From NCBI GenBank assembly GCA_965235115.1, contig OZ249436.1, positions 47,122,001 to 47,186,000 of the forward strand: a DNA stretch of 64,000 bases. Reading direction: 5' to 3'. Under the pieces are notes generated by a model that had not been told where the DNA came from, made no database searches, and was given only the letters and a program-made list of their open reading frames with translations. How positions within the stretch are numbered: the first letter of the stretch is position 1; each line of letters starts with the position of its first letter. Positions 13,301 to 26,200 of this stretch are shown here, piece by piece. This stretch comes from Laetmonice hystrix (Eukaryota). The position numbers and the translations under genes were made by a program.

Positions 13301-14643
13301 CTGCCTTACTGCCGTCACTAAGACGGTCACCAGCGCCAAGGGGCTCAGTAACCCTGCTCGTGGCTGCCTTACTCCCGTCACTAAGACGGTCACCAGAGCC
13401 AAGGGGCTCAGTAACCCTGCTCGTGGCTGCCTTACTCCCGTCACTAAGACGGTCACCAGCGGCAAGGGGCTCAGTAACCCTGCTCGTGGCTGCCTTACTC
13501 CCGTCACTAAGACGGTCACCAGCGCCAAGGGGCTCAGTAACCCTGCTCGTGGCTGCCTTACTCCCGTCACTAAGACGGTCACCACCGGCAAGGGGCTCAG
13601 TAACCCTGCTCGTGGCTGCCTTACTCCCGTCACTATGACGGTCACCAGCGCCAAGCCGAAGGGGCTCAATAACATTAATGTGATGTGATCATAGAAACCG
13701 GAGAAAAATCGTCTTTTTTTTAATGTTTCCTCATCAGAAAAAGATACAACCCCTTCCATCCCTGCCCTCCCCTCAAAAATTGCGGTTTATGTTGACTTGT
13801 TTTGAGAATTAAATTGTATTTATCGATGGATTCTTTTCTCAGATATACACGCCTGACCTTGAAAATGAACTTGGTCGTCTGGCAGTTCACCACTGGCACG
13901 GAATCATGCACGAAGTCCGCCGATCAAACTCTGACTACGGCATCACATGTAAGTTAACTCTCTTACTGCATCATCGTGGGGTAGGGTCAAGACAGGGAGT
14001 TTGAAGACCAATTTGTGTGGTCACCCTGAAGAGGCAAGGATGAAATTCTGTTAATCTGAAATCTGGTCCAAATGAGGATTTACTGACCCTGAACAGAACA
14101 CATCTGTTTAAGTCATGGGATAATTCCGAAGATGGTAACTGTTACCAATTATATGAATTTTTAGGTGTCTAAATAAAATCTAATAGTTGGCACTTGTAAC
14201 ATTTCAGTCCCAATTGACCTTGATGTCAGGGTCAAGGCCGTCCTGCTGGGTGCAGTGTTTGCTCTGGTTTGTACCATTCTAATACCATATCTCTTTGAAC
14301 AATTATATTCCCTCAGCCTAAAACGGTCTTTTAGCCTCTCTGTTCAATGTAATATTTAATTGATACGATATATCTTTCTTGAAACGTTTTATATTCCCCA
14401 GCCCCCACCTATCAGTGCCTTATATACTTGTGTATCTTACCCGGCGTATAAAGAGTTGTACAGTACAATGTCCGAACAACAGGACGTGGAAATGATGTCG
14501 AGTATACTTAGTTACTTAGTGTCTGTGATGGTTATTGTTCTGGAAGGTTCCTCACGCGTCTCTTCCTGTATATATTGACCGAGAACGCCGCGCTCTTCCT
14601 GTTTCAGGACTGGATATATACCACACGTGGTGGGCGGAGGTAG
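1331..14643 (+). CDS. Phospholipid scramblase (PLSCR) family protein with ~350-aa acidic N-terminal extension, ~578 aa, 9 coding exons
   Basis: GT-AG exons join in frame: 1331-2378, 3435-3563, 6733-6807, 7949-8007, 8353-8489, 11612-11699, 13843-13948, 14208-14266, 14608-14643 (1737 nt, ends TAG). Motifs CPPGLEALLDCGQLVIH, ACVACGASWHC, APLGQVAGFI, HWHGIMHE and YGITFPIDLDVRVKAVLLGAVFALD match the scramblase domain (CPPGLEYL...FGIQFPLDLDVKMKAVMIGACFLID). An in-frame TGA at 1319 supports ATG 1331 as start. Confidence 0.88.
2699..3280. repeat. Intronic compound minisatellite (~54-72 bp units) containing CCCTAA telomere-like hexamers
   Basis: About 9 copies of ccccagacctccccaggaaactaatcgctatccctaaccctaacccccactcc with variable internal modules. 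Confidence 0.9.
5040..6100. repeat. 108-bp tandem repeat, ~10 copies
   Basis: Unit tgtaaatcctacagtagtgataacttggtgtttcatcaccagaac...gatattgtcagagtccagc; two copies carry a 4-bp deletion. Confidence 0.95.
6190..6747 (+). repeat. ~68-70-bp tandem repeat, 8 copies, each containing the scramblase exon-3 splice acceptor plus the first ~15 exon nt
   Basis: Unit ...cacctgtgacacctatt(ctc)taattgtttgccgttttcttgcag|CCTTYAACAATGAAG; the last copy runs into the true exon at 6733. Confidence 0.93.
8693..11570. mobile_element. Non-autonomous Academ-like DNA transposon (~2.9 kb) in scramblase intron 5, with nested GC-rich MITEs
   Basis: Terminal inverted repeats TAGGCCGTGGGCC (8693) and GGCCCACGGCCTA (11570); subterminal ttcgtgaccata/tatggtcacgaa; 3-bp target duplication CCT on both sides. 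TAG...CTA termini with a 3-4 bp TSD are typical of Academ. ORF 8935-9177 may be a transposase remnant. Confidence 0.75.
11700..12712. repeat. 23-25-bp minisatellite (~40 copies) beginning at the exon-6 splice donor
   Basis: Unit tgagtgagctgactgaggtgttata; first copy overlaps GAG|gtgagt at 11699/11700. Confidence 0.95.
13105..13670. repeat. 63-bp tandem repeat, ~9 copies, intronic
   Basis: Unit ctcgtggctgccttactgccgtcactaagacggtcaccagcgccaaggggctcagtaaccctg. Confidence 0.95.
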
Positions 14644-17617
14644 CCTTAGAGATGTACAGGTAACCATGGTAACCAACATCTCGGAAGCGCCGTCATTAGT
14701 GACGTCAGACTGGATTGTTTCAGTTTGACGGTCCGTGATAGGATTCGAGCTGGGTTTACACTACAGATAGCTGTGCTCACTGCACGCAGTAACTGGTCCA
14801 GTCCAGAGCAACCTTTTCCAACCTCACCCAGGCTGACTATACGCTACAACCAGGTCGTTTTTACTTGGTGTATGTGTAGATGTGTATTGTGTATGCTTCA
14901 AGGCAGTTCCCATGGGTAGTGGGTAGTTTGCTTTGTCTATAGACATTAAAGTGCACTACAGCTAGAGACACAGACTGTGACACTTGTCTGTAGTGTAAAG
15001 TCGGCTGCATCTAAAAAAAAATCGAAAGCTGCCATTCCCGGTGGTAGGAAATCTGCTTGGTAAGAGTACTTGCTGGCAGCTTAAGTTTGGTAAAGATTTT
15101 AAAGATCCCCCCTTATTTCTTTACATTTATATGGGGGAGGGAGGTATTTCTTCAGACTGCTGGCAGTGTAATAATCCATGTACTAAACCAAATGGCGTTC
15201 ATGAAAGATCTTTACTTATTTTCTGGTATTGAGGGAGAATTTCTACCACAGAGATGGCAAATAGATCAGTCAGACTGTATTGTAACATTAATAGTCTTAG
15301 TTATTCTCAAGCTAAAACAAGCAGTTCAGTTGACCTCAACTTATTCCTGAGATATTTAGTATAAAATTTTCATAACTTGTCGGCAGCCTGCACTGTTATA
15401 GCTTTACTATTGCTGTTTGTTGTATCTCCGTCTCAATGTCTACCTATTGCACATCTGTCATCAGTTTGGGTTGTACAAGGGAGATCGAAGCAAACATTTT
15501 CCATAGGCTCAGTCATTTCTTGCGCAACTGATTTGTATATACCCCTCAGAGTGATAAAATGAATATTGTATGTTCAGACCATTTCAGCTACGATATCACA
15601 TCCATTAGAAGTGTAAAGATGTTGGCTAATGATGTGAATATAACACATCATTATTTTGAAGCATGAATTCCATTTCCTTGATCAGCGTCATTCCCCTGTA
15701 GTGGAGGAGGAAGTTTATAAACTTTTACAAAGTTTGCATGGAAAGCCTGCCCAATGTATTTCGATAAAGCAGACATTTATACAGTGGTTCTCTGGTTCCC
15801 GTTAATAGGCCGTTTTTAGTGCCATTGCCATTGAGCGACAATTTGCGTGCAAGAACCCTTAGAGTTATCCCGTAGAGCGTATTGTTTGGTGTGGACGGGC
15901 ATGTGAAACAGCTTGGATATACTCAGAAAGTTTTATTGTAAAGTCGCTTGATAATGGCTAATTGTCAGTTGGATTAATACATTGATCTCGGCACCCGGGT
16001 TTCTTTTAGGGATTATAAATTTTTTAATCCAGAGAACAAAAGGTAATTTTTTATTTCCGCAATTTTACGAAAATTACCTTACCATTATACATATAACTCT
16101 TGAGCAGTTAAAAAATACGCTAATAATTAATGTTAAAACTTGCTATAACTAAATGTCAGTTTCGTACTATTTTCATTACTCGGCCTGTAAGTTCTGAATT
16201 ACAGTTGTCAATTTAAATCATGCCGACGGTTCGCTGCCAGCTTGAATCAATCACTGTTTACTTGACCACAGTGATATGTATGACCCGTTACTTGAGAAAC
16301 TGAACAAGTTCTGGATCTGTGTGGAAACGTAGAATTATTGCTACAGTTGTATCCCTTGGCTTATAGCCGACACATCCAGAGAAAAGAGGCGTGAAACTCG
16401 ACACAGAATCGTTCATACCGTATGTCCGTTTGTAGTGCGCAAGCTGAGAAAATCTTAAAACTTCTGTGAACTGATACTGAACAGGAAAAAAAGATCTGAT
16501 CCTTATAACAATTATTATATGGATTCTGCTACTGTAAGCAAAATGTTGGTATGCTATATCAAATATTTACGGAGCAGGATCAAGAAATATATTCAATATT
16601 AAAATACCAGTATGAGGACAAAAAGTGTAGTTTATACATTGGCATAGTTCACCAGCATTTATGACCTGTGAATTAGAAGCTCAACGTAATGATATATCTT
16701 CACAATATGTTCCCGGGTAGAAATCTATAAACCATTGATATTTCCCGTTGTTGAGGCGTTCACGTTACTTATTACTAGAACATTTGTACGTAGATTTGAT
16801 ACATAAATCACGGAGGTCTCTGTGACCATTCAAATATGGTATTTGAAAGGATTTCAAACGCGGTAATGTTAAATACGTCCTTCGGTTGTGGACTACATTT
16901 AAAGGTTTATAAAAACAGCAGAAAATGATGAGTACTGAAGCTGACCGTGAGGATGCTTTATAAAATCCTACAACTGACCAGTCTTCAGTTAGGTGCATGA
17001 TAGCCGAAACAATTCCATTCGTAAGATATATGAGTAACAACGCCGACTACAATCAGAACAGTCCATATACAGTGTGTGTAGGAAATACGTCCGACATATA
17101 ACTCCATACTATCAAAGTGTTATGAAAGCAAAACTCAGCCCAGACATAGTGTATCTGCTTGGATCAAGATAACCTGTAAATCTAGTTTTTTTACCATTGC
17201 TTGAAACATTCATACTTGAAAGGTACCATTTATATAGGAAAGGATGGCAACGTAAGGTTGTGGCTGCCAGCCTTTGGCCATAGAAAAGTATGTTTTTGGT
17301 CAAGTGTTACGTCCAGTACGATCCCAGTGTGTCAGTAGTTTTCCCGATTCCTACATTACGTGACGTATCATGATGAATACACAATACGCGGTGAATAGTG
17401 CGAGTATAATGTTTACCAGCTATGTAACCAGCCTAGAGATCTAGAAAGATGAGAATATGCTGGTACTATATCTGATCGTTCTGTGTCTCAATAACGTCTA
17501 AATGTTAACTTATTGCAGGTTATTCGTCATTGTGCCTTTTTTAGCATTTTCGATTTCGATACTTACACCAGTCAGCAGATATTCGCACGGTGTTATGTGA
17601 GGGCCAGACATCCTTAA

Positions 17618-17912
17618 GCCGGGTTTCCATGTGTACGTTTCCGTTATCCGTTTACCGGTAATAGGAAATAGGCATGAACGATCGAATCGGAAACGGATAA
17701 CGGAAACGTCAGTGGCGTACCCCGGGGGGCTGGTGCTTCGGGGGCTCAAGCACCCCCCTCAATTTGCCCAATTTTTCTTTTTTCTTTTTTTTTGGTGCGC
17801 TTGTTGCCTCGTAAAAGCCGTATAAATAAGACTATGACGTTGGTTATTTCCAGCACCCCCCCTGGGTCCAGTTTCTGGGTACACCACTGAACGGGCACAT
17901 GAAAACCCAGCT
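17618..17912. mobile_element. Palindromic MITE with a nested CAGTGGCGTA-type MITE (17710-17889)
   Basis: Outer inverted ends gggtttccatgtg / cacatgaaaaccc with internal cgtttccgttatccgttt / aaacggataacggaaacg; inner ends cagtggcgtaccc / gggtacaccactg. Confidence 0.7.
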
Positions 17913-20246
17913 TTAGATGTATTGCCTGGGGCTTTGCGTGCATATACAAGTTCTGTATCTTGCCATGTCGTGTTGTATTCAGTGACGAGTACATGTAGAG
18001 CTATTGACTGTAAGGATGTGTTGTTCAGAATATGAGCAGAGTAGAATTACTAACTACAACATAACATTTACTCTGTACAGTACCTGTTGCGTTTTGTTGA
18101 AGGTACAATCAATCTTTTAAAAATACCCTTATACGAAATATAGAATCTGTCGACTTTATGAGGTCTATTAATAGAAGTTTCTAATGAAAGAAGTGTGTAT
18201 AGAATTAGCAAAAACTCGTATGTGAAACAGTTAATAATCTTGTTAGTTTAAATGTTATTGGTGTGGCCATGTTAAAGGATGATTAAAATGGTAAAACTTT
18301 CCATTTAATGCTCAAATAGGATGAATGAAATCAGAACAAGAATCACAAATTTTCAATAGCAATACCTGTTACAAAGTCAAACTTGTTAATTAAAGAAGTA
18401 AGAGAGAAAGTTGTTTTCTACTGTTAAGATTTACTGGTGAATTTTGTTGATCTGGACCATGAAGAATGAATCACATGTGGCAGTGAGTTTAATACATTTG
18501 TAGAGGGTTCATGGAGGATTGAGGATGGGTTCATGTATAATCTACTTTATGCGATAGCAAAAGTAAAACGGTACAAAAGAAAGTTGAGATCAGATTCTCA
18601 GATCCAAGACAATTACAATCAGTCTGTGAATTTGACGTTTTAACCTTGACTTTTCCTTATCACGGTAGTCGTGGACTGTCAGTGGAAGGGAGAGGTGGAT
18701 GGAAGTATCTCAAGAAAGTGATATTAACGCGGTGGAGGTGACTGGTGTTCATGTATCAAACCATATTTAGATATTGTATTTTAGAATCTGCGCGGGGTAC
18801 GTTCAAATGGTTGTTGTACATGTTAGATACGTCCAGCACGTCTTAGGTACAACCTAGGATCAGTGGCCAAGGGATCACACTGATAAGTGCAATCGTTGGC
18901 CAAGCAATCAAACAAATAGTGCAATCTTTGGCCAAGTTATTAATTAGCTAAGTGCAATCATTGGCCAAGCGATCAGATAGGTGCAATCAATGCCGAGGTT
19001 GGTGCAATGATTGCAAGAATAAGGTGTAAAGCGGTGCCTGTACTGTGAAACTGATACATATTAAAAGAAAATACAAAGGATTAGCGTCAAGATTGGAGCT
19101 AGACATCTACTGTGTACTTTTTATCAACTCTGAAGTCTGGTCAAATTGCAGTCAGATAGGAGAACTATTCGTCTTAAATCACCAGAAATTAACCTGATAT
19201 GTCTGAAGTTAGCAGGGATTTCCAGGAAGATATCTGAAGTTATCAAGAAATTTTATGAACTGGTTGATAAACAAAGATAACAATAACCTACTTTAATAGA
19301 TTTATTTTCAGTGCTCCGTGTTGCAGAGCTGTGGTTTGAGGCAGATATCACCAGAAAGGATCAGTCATGTAAACGAGGAAGGTTCGACTTTTAAAAACAT
19401 GTTACGAAACGTTATAGGGTAGTCCTCCAGCACATTCAAAGACCAGTTAATTACCGGTATTTACAGACTTGCTGCCTATCTTTATTATAATGCAATGTTT
19501 GGTTGTTCTTTTAAAATAATTATTTGTTTATTTCACTTTCAGACATCAGGAAATATTTTATATTATTCTAGTGCTCAGTTTCCGTCTTGGTCACGAATAT
19601 TTTTGGCTCAATGCCTTTTTTTCTTTTTTCTTTTCCCCCATCATTGAGTTTCTCGTATAATACATGCCGTTATCCAATTTTGTTTACACTCTGGATGATA
19701 TGTTGGTATATTATACCGCTATGGCTTTCCATAGCTGAGCAATTTTTGTTAACGAAAGATATTGTATCATAAATCATGATTATTTATTGGTTGGATACAG
19801 ACAATTGGTGTATTTGTATAAATTGCTATTTATACAGTTTGATGTATTGCAGCAAACTTTTCTAAGGTTTTAGTCCTTTGGTTGTCGTGTGTCAAGTTAC
19901 TACTCTCCGGGGTCTGTTGACATCACGTGTGTTATACGTCATCGGTTCGTCGATTGTTTGAAGTAAAGGGCTATTACACTTGTTGCCGAGTTTTGCGTTC
20001 TACCCTAAATCCACCCCCGTATTAACGATGACAATTTAGTGAATAGAACATCCCCTACTTGTCAACTTGCATTTCTTTACAACCTAATGGTGTTGAAGTG
20101 GTAATCTTCATAAAACAGACCAGCCATAGTTTGAAAAATTCCTTGACTCTGTTAGCAAATAATTTATTTCATATCACTTTTGAAAGGGAACAGCAACAAT
20201 GTTTCCATAAATAATGCAGTGATGTTGAGAGTGTTTGTGAGGAGGA

Positions 20247-23200
20247 TCAGGCGTGGCTCTCAAAAGAAGATTCGGATTGGGAGAATCGAGGCATATAGGG
20301 GGTGGTGATCTGTATTCCCGGTGACCCCCGTGGGGTGGCGCCACCAGCGCCCATCCCCCGGATGTACGTCACGCCACTGACGTCAAGTTGACCTTCGACG
20401 TTATCAAGGAGCAGACGAACCATGGTTTTGATTTCCTTGAGTTCATGACGTACCTGCTCGACGTTATTGACGGTGACAGGGGTGTAATGTGTCTGCTGCT
20501 CCTTGTGACACAGGTACCGCTGTACAATCTGACCCATCAGGTTCTGACAACGACACCAGATAATAATACGTCAATGATGTCACAGGGCTTTATACAACCT
20601 GCACTCTCAGGATTCCCCTAACCTCTGTTCCGGATATAACTCTGATAATGCAAAGTAAGACAAAACAAAAACGAAGAAACAAACAAAAATAAGGGAGGAC
20701 AACCGTGAAGGATGTTAAGATTAGTTTTGTAAATCCTTGTCCGTGATAGCTGAGAAATCGGAGCGTTAACGGATAAAAGGATGATAAAAAATGGATTACC
20801 TGGTAATTAGTGTTCTCGTTTTCCTCTGTCCTCTTTACGTCCTCGTAATAGCAGCATTGCTGAGAATGGTGATACACAAACACAAAACTGTTTCAGTTTT
20901 ACTGAACTTTCCTAATACGATACGACAGGAGAAATTCAATCGTTCCTTTGATAATAGCTATGGGAAATTTATGCTGCCTCGATAATTTTCTTCTCTTTTC
21001 CTCTGAATGTTTTATATTTAGTTCCCAGAAGTTACTTCCCTACAGTATATGTCTTAGCGGCTCTCAGGACTAAAATAGAGCCCATGGACAGATTTGTGTG
21101 CGCTTACATAGAGAGAAAATTTCGCCCGTTTCTTGCCGGTGACTCTCCTCACAATCCAGACGCCGAAATCGAAGACTGATTTGGGGCTTGGTAAAAGATT
21201 GAAGGGCGGGGGCATGGTTCCCCCGGCCTGAAAGAAATTCATCCACACTGCCGTCCGCGCAAACTTCCACTCCACGTCAGCATTGTCCTAAACACAAAGG
21301 TCTCACTTTAACGTCACCAGTGTCCTAAACACAGAGGTTTCCCTTTAACGTCACCAGTGTCCTAAATACAAAGGTCTCACTTTAACGTCACCAGTGTCCT
21401 AAACACAAAGGTTTCCCTTTAACGTCACCAGTGTCCTAAACACAAAGGTCTCACTTTAACGTCACCAGTGTCCTAAATACAAAGGTCTCACTTTAACGTC
21501 ACCAGTGTCCTAAACACAAAGGTTTCCCTTTAACGTCACCAGTGTCCTAAACACAAAGGTCTCACTTTAACGTCACCAGTGTCCTAAACATAAAGGATTC
21601 CCTTTAACGTCACCAGTGTCCTAAATACAAAGGTCTCACTTTAACGTCACCAGTGTCCTAAACACAAAGGTCTCACTTTAACGTCATCAGTGTCCTAAAC
21701 ACAAAGGTCTCACTTTAACGTCACCAGTGTCCTAAACACAAAGGTCTCACTTTAACGTCACCAGTGTCCTAAACACAAAGGTCTCACTTTAACGTCACCA
21801 GTGTCCTAAACACAAAGGTCTCACTTTAACGTCACCAGTGTTCTAAACACAAAGGTCTCACTTTAACGTTACCAGTGTCCTAAACACAAAGGTCTCACTT
21901 TAACGTCACCAGTGTCCTATTATACTGAGGTCACACTTTAAAGGTGCTATTCGTCTCGCACAGAATGCCATTTCTCCTATCATACATTGTGCACATAGTA
22001 CTAGAAAAAATTCCTACCGATACCATTGGCCTGATAAACCTTCTATTAGTTTGTGTGCAGCATTTGAAACCTATCTCGGTGCGCACCGAGATAGAGCCTT
22101 TTTCTATGGTGGGGCGTGTCAGGGTCTCCACAGGCCTTCTGAGAAAGCCCCATTTGTGCCGTTATCCATGAAAAATTTTGATTTCCTTTGTTGTGAATCT
22201 ATTTCCATGATAGGTGGGATCACATAAACGTCAACAAAATTAAAAATAAAAAAATTGAATTTTTGTTCACGAATAGCACCTTTAACGTATCGTATAATGT
22301 AACCCTTTTTTCACTCCTCAAATTACACATCAGGATGGTAAGGAAATCTCCCGTTAAGAAATATCTCCAGGGAACTATTTTTGTCAGTCCCCAGAGTTTT
22401 CTTTATTAGAAGGAGCACAATGTTGGACATAGGTCGATTATCTTACCGGTACTCGGTATTTACTGTCTTTGACAACTGTACGTATAGCCAACCCACGGCG
22501 GCCCCCTGTCAGCCCGGCCGGTGTGGAGGAGGACATACCTGGACGTTGACGAAGGAGGTGGACATCATGGCGATGAAGAGGTTGACGAGGATGACGATAG
22601 CCGACATGTTGTACACTCCGTATAGAATGTTACCAATACTCTCAGTAAACTTGTGTTGGTTGTACACTGTGACGGTCGTGTTACCGACATGGTAAACTTG
22701 TTCTTCTAAAATCACATCGGCAAACTGGTACGGCGAGTACCCAAACAACGCCCAGAATAACGTCTCCACTGTAGATTCAAACCTGCGAACGGAGAAAACT
22801 ACCTCATAACGCCTTCCCATACAACATACAAAATGTGTATGGGACGTGAGAGTAATTCTAGTGGGACGATTAACAAGTATTTCAAAATCTCTCTGAGATG
22901 AGGTTACTATACGGTATCTACAGGTCCATAATACCAATCATTTCACAAGATTTACTCCTTAAAACAGTTATCTTTCGTCAGTTTGACTCGTGTACCAGCT
23001 GACAAGGTCATGGAAAAAGTAGTACATGTAATATTCAATTAGAAAAGGCTCTGAACCGTTTCTAAAACGGTTATTGAATTTTTGTTAGCTGTTTCCTGAG
23101 TTGTTGTACGCACGAGATGAAGGCATCGCTCTGTCTGGTCTCCTCGCCGTCCCTGTGGCGGACCTGACCCTTGTAGTAGTGGTAAAGTTTGTGGATCCCG

Positions 23201-26200
23201 GTGGCGAATGATATAAGGATGACAGCAAACATGACCAGGAAGTCCATGATGTCACTGAACATTCTACTGATGGATACCTGGCACAGGGGGTAATAATATA
23301 TCACGTATCCATGGCCATGTGAAATGTGAAATCATTCACACTTTCAAACTGGAAGGAAATCTCTTGGATCCGAGCCTTAACCCCAACCCACCTGAAGAGG
23401 TCCAAGTCTGTTCCCTATCTGGAAGAAGAAGAGGAGTTTGCCGAAGGCGAACACGGTGGCCACAGCATAGAGAGCTTCTGAGACAAGTGTTGGGTCAAGC
23501 TGGTCCCAGAGTCGGCGGGGTGCATACTTGTGGTCATAGAGCTTAACTATATACCACGACCACCCCCAGCTGGCGAATGACGCCAGGAAGAGGGTCAGTA
23601 GGATCATATTGTACCTGGATAGAACATGAAGGAACTGGCTCACCATGGGGGCACATCTTCAGGCTACAGGCTACAGCTGGTCTACACTTATAAAGGCAAT
23701 GTTGGCCAGCTGTCTCTATATACTGGTAGCTCCTAAGTTGTCAGCTACTAAGAAAATTCTCCTTTATTCTCCAACATTTATTACGGTAATTGTTTTGTTG
23801 CTCAAGCGTTAACATCTTCTTGCTCCGGTTAATAAGAGAATTAATCGTAATAACATTTGTTTAGGGCTCGACGTTATTTGATGGCAATTACGCGTTTCAA
23901 ATTTAATTCTAGCAATTTAGTGAAAACTTGAAAGGCTCGTTTTCTCTCCTCTTGGCTGGTCGTGTCTGGGAAAGCTTTCCTCTTTCTAACTTTGAGGAAC
24001 ATGGTTAAAGGTTGGGTGAAAAAATGGCTTGGCTTAACACTCTGAATACGCCCACGTTGTGGCAAACCTGTAACAATTATGGGAATACTTCATCAACAAC
24101 CTTTAACAGAAAAAGAAACTTAACCACCGCAAACTGACAACATGTTCTAAATACAGCTTGGCTGCCCGAGTTTTTTTTACCAGTTCCACTTCTGTTTTAA
24201 ATAATGCTGGATGCCATTTTTCCAGCCGCGTTTGATGTTCATCCAGAGTAGTCCGACAATGTACAGTACTATCAGCCACTCCAGTCCTGGTATACAAATG
24301 TACAGTACTATCAGCCACTCCAGGCCTGGTATACAAATGTACAGTACTATCAGCCACTCCAGGCCTGGTATACAAATGTACAGTACTATCAGCCACTCCA
24401 GGCCTGGTATACAAATGTACAGTACTATCAGCCACTCCAGTCCTGGTATACAAATGTACAGTACTATCAGCCACTCCAGTCCTGGTATACAAATGTACAG
24501 TACTATCAGCCACTCTAGTCCTGGTATACAAATGTACAGTACTATCAGCCACTCCAGTCCTGGTATACAAATGTACAGTACTATCAGCCACTCCAGTCCT
24601 GGTATACAAATGTACAGTACTATCAGCCACTCTAGTCCTGGTATACAAATGTACAGTACTATCAGCCACCCCAGGCCTGGTACACAAATGTACAGTACTA
24701 TTAACCACTCCAGTCCTGGTATACAAATGTACAGTACTATCAGCCACCCCAGGCCTGGTACACAAATGTACAGTACTATCAGCCACTCCAGGCCTGGTAT
24801 ACAAATGTACAGTACTATCAGCCACTCTAGTCCTGGTATACAAATGTACAGTACTATCAGCCACCCCAGGCCTGGTATACAAATGTACAGTACTATCAGC
24901 CACTCCAGGCCTGGTATACAAATGTACAGTACTATCAGCCACTCCAGGCCTGGTATACAAATGTACAGTACTATCAGCCACCCCAGGCCTGGTATACAAA
25001 TGTACAATACTATCAACCACTCCAGTCCTGGTATACAAATGTACAGTACTATCAGCCACCCCAGGCCTGGTATACAAATGTACAGTATTATCAGCCACTC
25101 CAGCCCTGGTATACAAATGTACAGTACTATCAGCCACCACTCCAGGCCTGGTATACAGATGTACAGTACTATCAGCCACTCCAGGCCTTGTATACAAATG
25201 TACAGTACTATCAGCCACCACTCCAGGCCTGGTATACAAATGTACAGTACTATCAGCCACTCCAGTCCTGGTATACAAATGTACAGTACTATCAACCACC
25301 CCAGGCCTGGTATACAAATGTACAATACTATCAACCACTCCAGTCCTGGTATACAAATGTACAGTACTATCAGCCACCCCAGGCCTGGTATACAAATGTA
25401 CAATACTATCAACCACTCCAGTCCTGGTATACAAATGTACAGTACTATCAGCCACCCCAGGCCTGGTATACAAATGTACAGTACTATCAGCCACCCCAGG
25501 CCTGGTATACAAAGTAAAACATCATGCAGGAGTAGGAACAAACCCACTCCGAGGTAACCTGTGTTGTGGTCGTCAATATTGGTCGGTAAGATCATTGAAT
25601 AACTCAAATAGTACACGATCGTGGGCGACTGACGATTGTTTGCAGCCTCCACTATGTGATTAAGACAGCCAACGCAACACGTTATTAATGTCATCGGGTA
25701 CATGCGTGGCTCTGTCTGGGTTCGTGTGTTAACAGAAGACATGAGTCATAGTTTAATTAATGAAATTAATTAACCTCGACATGTTTTATAATGAGAAACG
25801 TGTCGGTAATATAATCACAAGTCAATGTTACCATTGAGAGAGCAACACTAGCTGACCATGACATTAAGAATCAAGTGGTGCCATACAGAATGGACACCTC
25901 AGGATCAATAACAGTTACTGTTCATAGCCAAGTGACATATGATTAGAAAGAGGCGATATGGCGTCACCTTCCTGAAGTTCCTGACGCCAAGCCCACGTGT
26001 ACGTTACCTGAGTCACGTACAGGTGGGAAAAATTCTGATCTTTAACATTTGACATCAGTTCACATTTGATTGACCTCCCAGTGCAAAAGGAGTTCATAGT
26101 TTTCTTTTATAGAATATGTTTCTTTGGTTAATTAATAATTGTATTTTTCCTATTCATTGTAAGATGTTCAAGTCATGACCTGATACGTACCAGTGTTTGG

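Noticed and set aside
13068..13759. 200-aa repetitive ORFs on both strands
   Set aside because: Artefact of a 63-bp unit lying inside a scramblase intron.
18860..19015. Degenerate ggccaag...gtgcaatc repeats
   Set aside because: About four decayed copies with no evidence of function.
21284..25512. CRISPR-like appearance of the 37-39-bp repeats
   Set aside because: No unique spacers or cas genes; head-to-tail repeats in spliceosomal introns.
24103..25557. ORFs 24103-25512 (-) and 24211-25557 (+)
   Set aside because: Alternative frames of the 39-bp array; only the [10 protein letters not shown] frame connects to TRPC.
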